Shown here piece after piece: positions 62,004 through 64,000 of a stretch of DNA of 64,000 nt. The stretch lies in contig CBDANF010000003.1 of assembly GCA_965197475.1 (NCBI GenBank), positions 3,904,001 to 3,968,000 of the forward strand, in the 5' to 3' direction. A model generated the notes under the pieces. The model worked only from the letters and a program-made list of their open reading frames with translations, was not told the origin of the DNA and ran no database searches. The translations under genes were made by a program, and so were the position numbers. Within the stretch, counting starts at the first letter, position 1. Each line of letters starts with the position of its first letter. The stretch is from Candidatus Poribacteria bacterium. Lineage in GTDB: Bacteria; Poribacteria; WGA-4E; WGA-3G.

Positions 62004-63149
62004 ATGAAGACAGTCTCTTTAAAAGGTTATGTGAGAAATGTAAAATACAAACCTTTTCTGGGAAAGGAAAGATTGAAGTGTCACGATATTGCCCAATTTG
62101 ATATAAACAAGGCGGGTGCTTACGGGTTGATTAACTTAGGGACTTCAGGAAACAATCTCGCATACTCACAATGGAAAACTCCAAAACGAACCCGAACGTA
62201 TCCTTTTCCACGTATATATAACACGTATGGTCTCAATACAAAAAGAGTCACGATTATACCGATTATCAAAGACGAGGGTGCTGACACAAATAATGACCGG
62301 ATCAACTTCATCACATTCTCATGGATGAATCTGCTGAATGTCTATATCATCTTGGCTTGGTATGATGACGCAAAGAGAAAAGCAGGATCGACAAACAGAA
62401 TCACTGACCAAGTGCTAAACGCTGAAAGTGTGCAAGAAAAGTTGCTTGAGATAAGTCGGTATCAGACAACTGCATTGCACTGGAATACAACGCATTTTAA
62501 GAGTGATTTTGAGAAAGTTTATTTAAATGCCGTTGCCAGTTATGAAAAAATATCGCGTGAAAAAAAGGTTGATCTACACAATCCACAAGACCACTTAGAC
62601 ACACTCGAAAAATTCAAAGTTGACAATAAATTTGATCTTGAGGCTTTCAAACGGGAAACGCTCTCTTCATCACAGAAAGCCGCGCTTCGAGAAACATTGA
62701 CGGTGCATAAACTTGAATCTCTGGATGATAATCCTAAAGGGGTTTTCTCTATTTTAAATGATCTCGGAGGGGAATATCATTTAACGGCAGATGAAATTTA
62801 TTGGGAGAACAACAAATTAGTCATACAAGAGTCTAAAAATACAACTAAAGAAAAACTTCCATCTAATGTTGACATAATAGACGGTTTGTTCAAACTCATC
62901 CTTTTCGTGAATATGGAACAAGTAAATGTTGATGACAAGACAGATGTCCCGTTTATCACCCGTTTAAAACTGACTGGTAATCTGACGGGAACTTTAAATC
63001 TACCTTGTGCCGATGATCTCGTTTCTGGTTTCTGCAAAGAGAATAAACTAACACCTGCAAAACAGAAAACAATAACACTGCTCAACAAGGAAGCAGAAGA
63101 AAACAATTTACAAATTTGGATTACAAGAAGCAATGCTAAAAACAGTTAA
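62004..63149 (+). CDS. Putative type II restriction endonuclease (PD-(D/E)xK)
   Basis: LTADEI...IQESKN motif; overlaps the downstream methyltransferase start. Confidence 0.7.
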   Translation: MKTVSLKGYVRNVKYKPFLGKERLKCHDIAQFDINKAGAYGLINLGTSGNNLAYSQWKTPKRTRTYPFPRIYNTYGLNTKRVTIIPIIKDEGADTNNDRINFITFSWMNLLNVYIILAWYDDAKRKAGSTNRITDQVLNAESVQEKLLEISRYQTTALHWNTTHFKSDFEKVYLNAVASYEKISREKKVDLHNPQDHLDTLEKFKVDNKFDLEAFKRETLSSSQKAALRETLTVHKLESLDDNPKGVFSILNDLGGEYHLTADEIYWENNKLVIQESKNTTKEKLPSNVDIIDGLFKLILFVNMEQVNVDDKTDVPFITRLKLTGNLTGTLNLPCADDLVSGFCKENKLTPAKQKTITLLNKEAEENNLQIWITRSNAKNS

Positions 63150-63966
63150 AAGCCCACTGCGGTACCCTGGTGGGAAATCAAGAGCAATAAAACAGATTCT
63201 CCCATTGATTCCTACAAAGATAACCGAGTTCCGTGAACCTTTTGTTGGTGGGGGTTCCGTCTTCTTTGCTATCCGAAGCATTTTTGGTGACAATATCAAA
63301 TCGTATTGGATTAATGACTTGAACTATGATCTATACTGTTTCTGGAAACAGGTAAGGGATAACGTTTCTGATCTCGTTGATGAACTGACAAAAATACACA
63401 CAACCACCAAAGACGGTCGCGCTTTATTTCAGGAATTGGCGAAGGACAGGGATTTACTGTGCAACGACAAGGACATGCTCTCCGAATTTGAGCGGGCAGT
63501 GCGGTTTTTTGTCTTGAATCGCATTACATTTTCGGGTGTCGTGGATTCAGGAGGATATTCGCAAGGCGCTTATGAGAAACGTTTCACGCGATCATCCATT
63601 GCTCGGGTAGAAATGATTTCGCACACGCTTTCTGGAGTCAAAATCACGAATGAAGATTACACAGAAAGTCTTTTTGATAGTAACAACGATGTCTTTATTT
63701 TTCTTGACCCACCCTATTGGAAAGCGACAGAATCAAAGTTATACGGAACGCGAGGCACTTTACACACCACTTTTAACCACAAGCAGTTCTCCGAAAATAT
63801 AAAAAAGTGTAAGCATAAATGGCTCATCACTTACGACGACTCGCCAATGATTCGTAAACTATTTGATTTTGCTGATGTTTGCGAATGGACCCTACAATAC
63901 GGGATGAACAATTATCGTAAAGATTCAGCAGCTAAAGGGAAAGAGTTATTCATCAAAAATTACTAA
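63133..63966 (+). CDS. D12-class (Dam-like) N6-adenine DNA methyltransferase
   Basis: SPLRYPGGKS, EPFVGGGSV, FLDPPY. Confidence 0.94.
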   Translation: MLKTVKSPLRYPGGKSRAIKQILPLIPTKITEFREPFVGGGSVFFAIRSIFGDNIKSYWINDLNYDLYCFWKQVRDNVSDLVDELTKIHTTTKDGRALFQELAKDRDLLCNDKDMLSEFERAVRFFVLNRITFSGVVDSGGYSQGAYEKRFTRSSIARVEMISHTLSGVKITNEDYTESLFDSNNDVFIFLDPPYWKATESKLYGTRGTLHTTFNHKQFSENIKKCKHKWLITYDDSPMIRKLFDFADVCEWTLQYGMNNYRKDSAAKGKELFIKNY

Positions 63967-64000
63967 TAAATCAGGAAACATCCGTAGGTTTGGTAGATCA

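Overview
Bacterial chromosomal window, probably from Candidatus Poribacteria. This is an inference from secreted proteins ending in a 'KLxTxWxxxK' motif, WD40/TPR proteins, PhyH and BMC vertex genes. Core genes present: hisH; ribD-ribE-ribBA-ribH; mqnC; rpoZ; the tRNA-Thr/Tyr/Gly/Thr-rpmG-tRNA-Trp-secE-nusG-rplK-rplA-rplJ-rplL cluster (no tuf, no rpoBC); sigma54 regulators; and a sugar-acid/oxidoreductase catabolic block. Accessory DNA includes a frameshifted SNF2-DUF3883 helicase inside a two-component pair, a methyltransferase-HNH fusion, two IS1595-family elements, an IS5-family element, an ISAs1 remnant, a candidate defence island next to tRNA-Leu and a type II R-M pair. Features missed by the ORF track: an in-frame TGA selenoprotein (peroxiredoxin-like, UxxS), a gingipain-like C25 peptidase running off the left edge, rpmG, several pseudogenes, a duplicated 5' leader motif and many nested MITE/REP elements. 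All family assignments come from motifs read by eye; no database searches were run.
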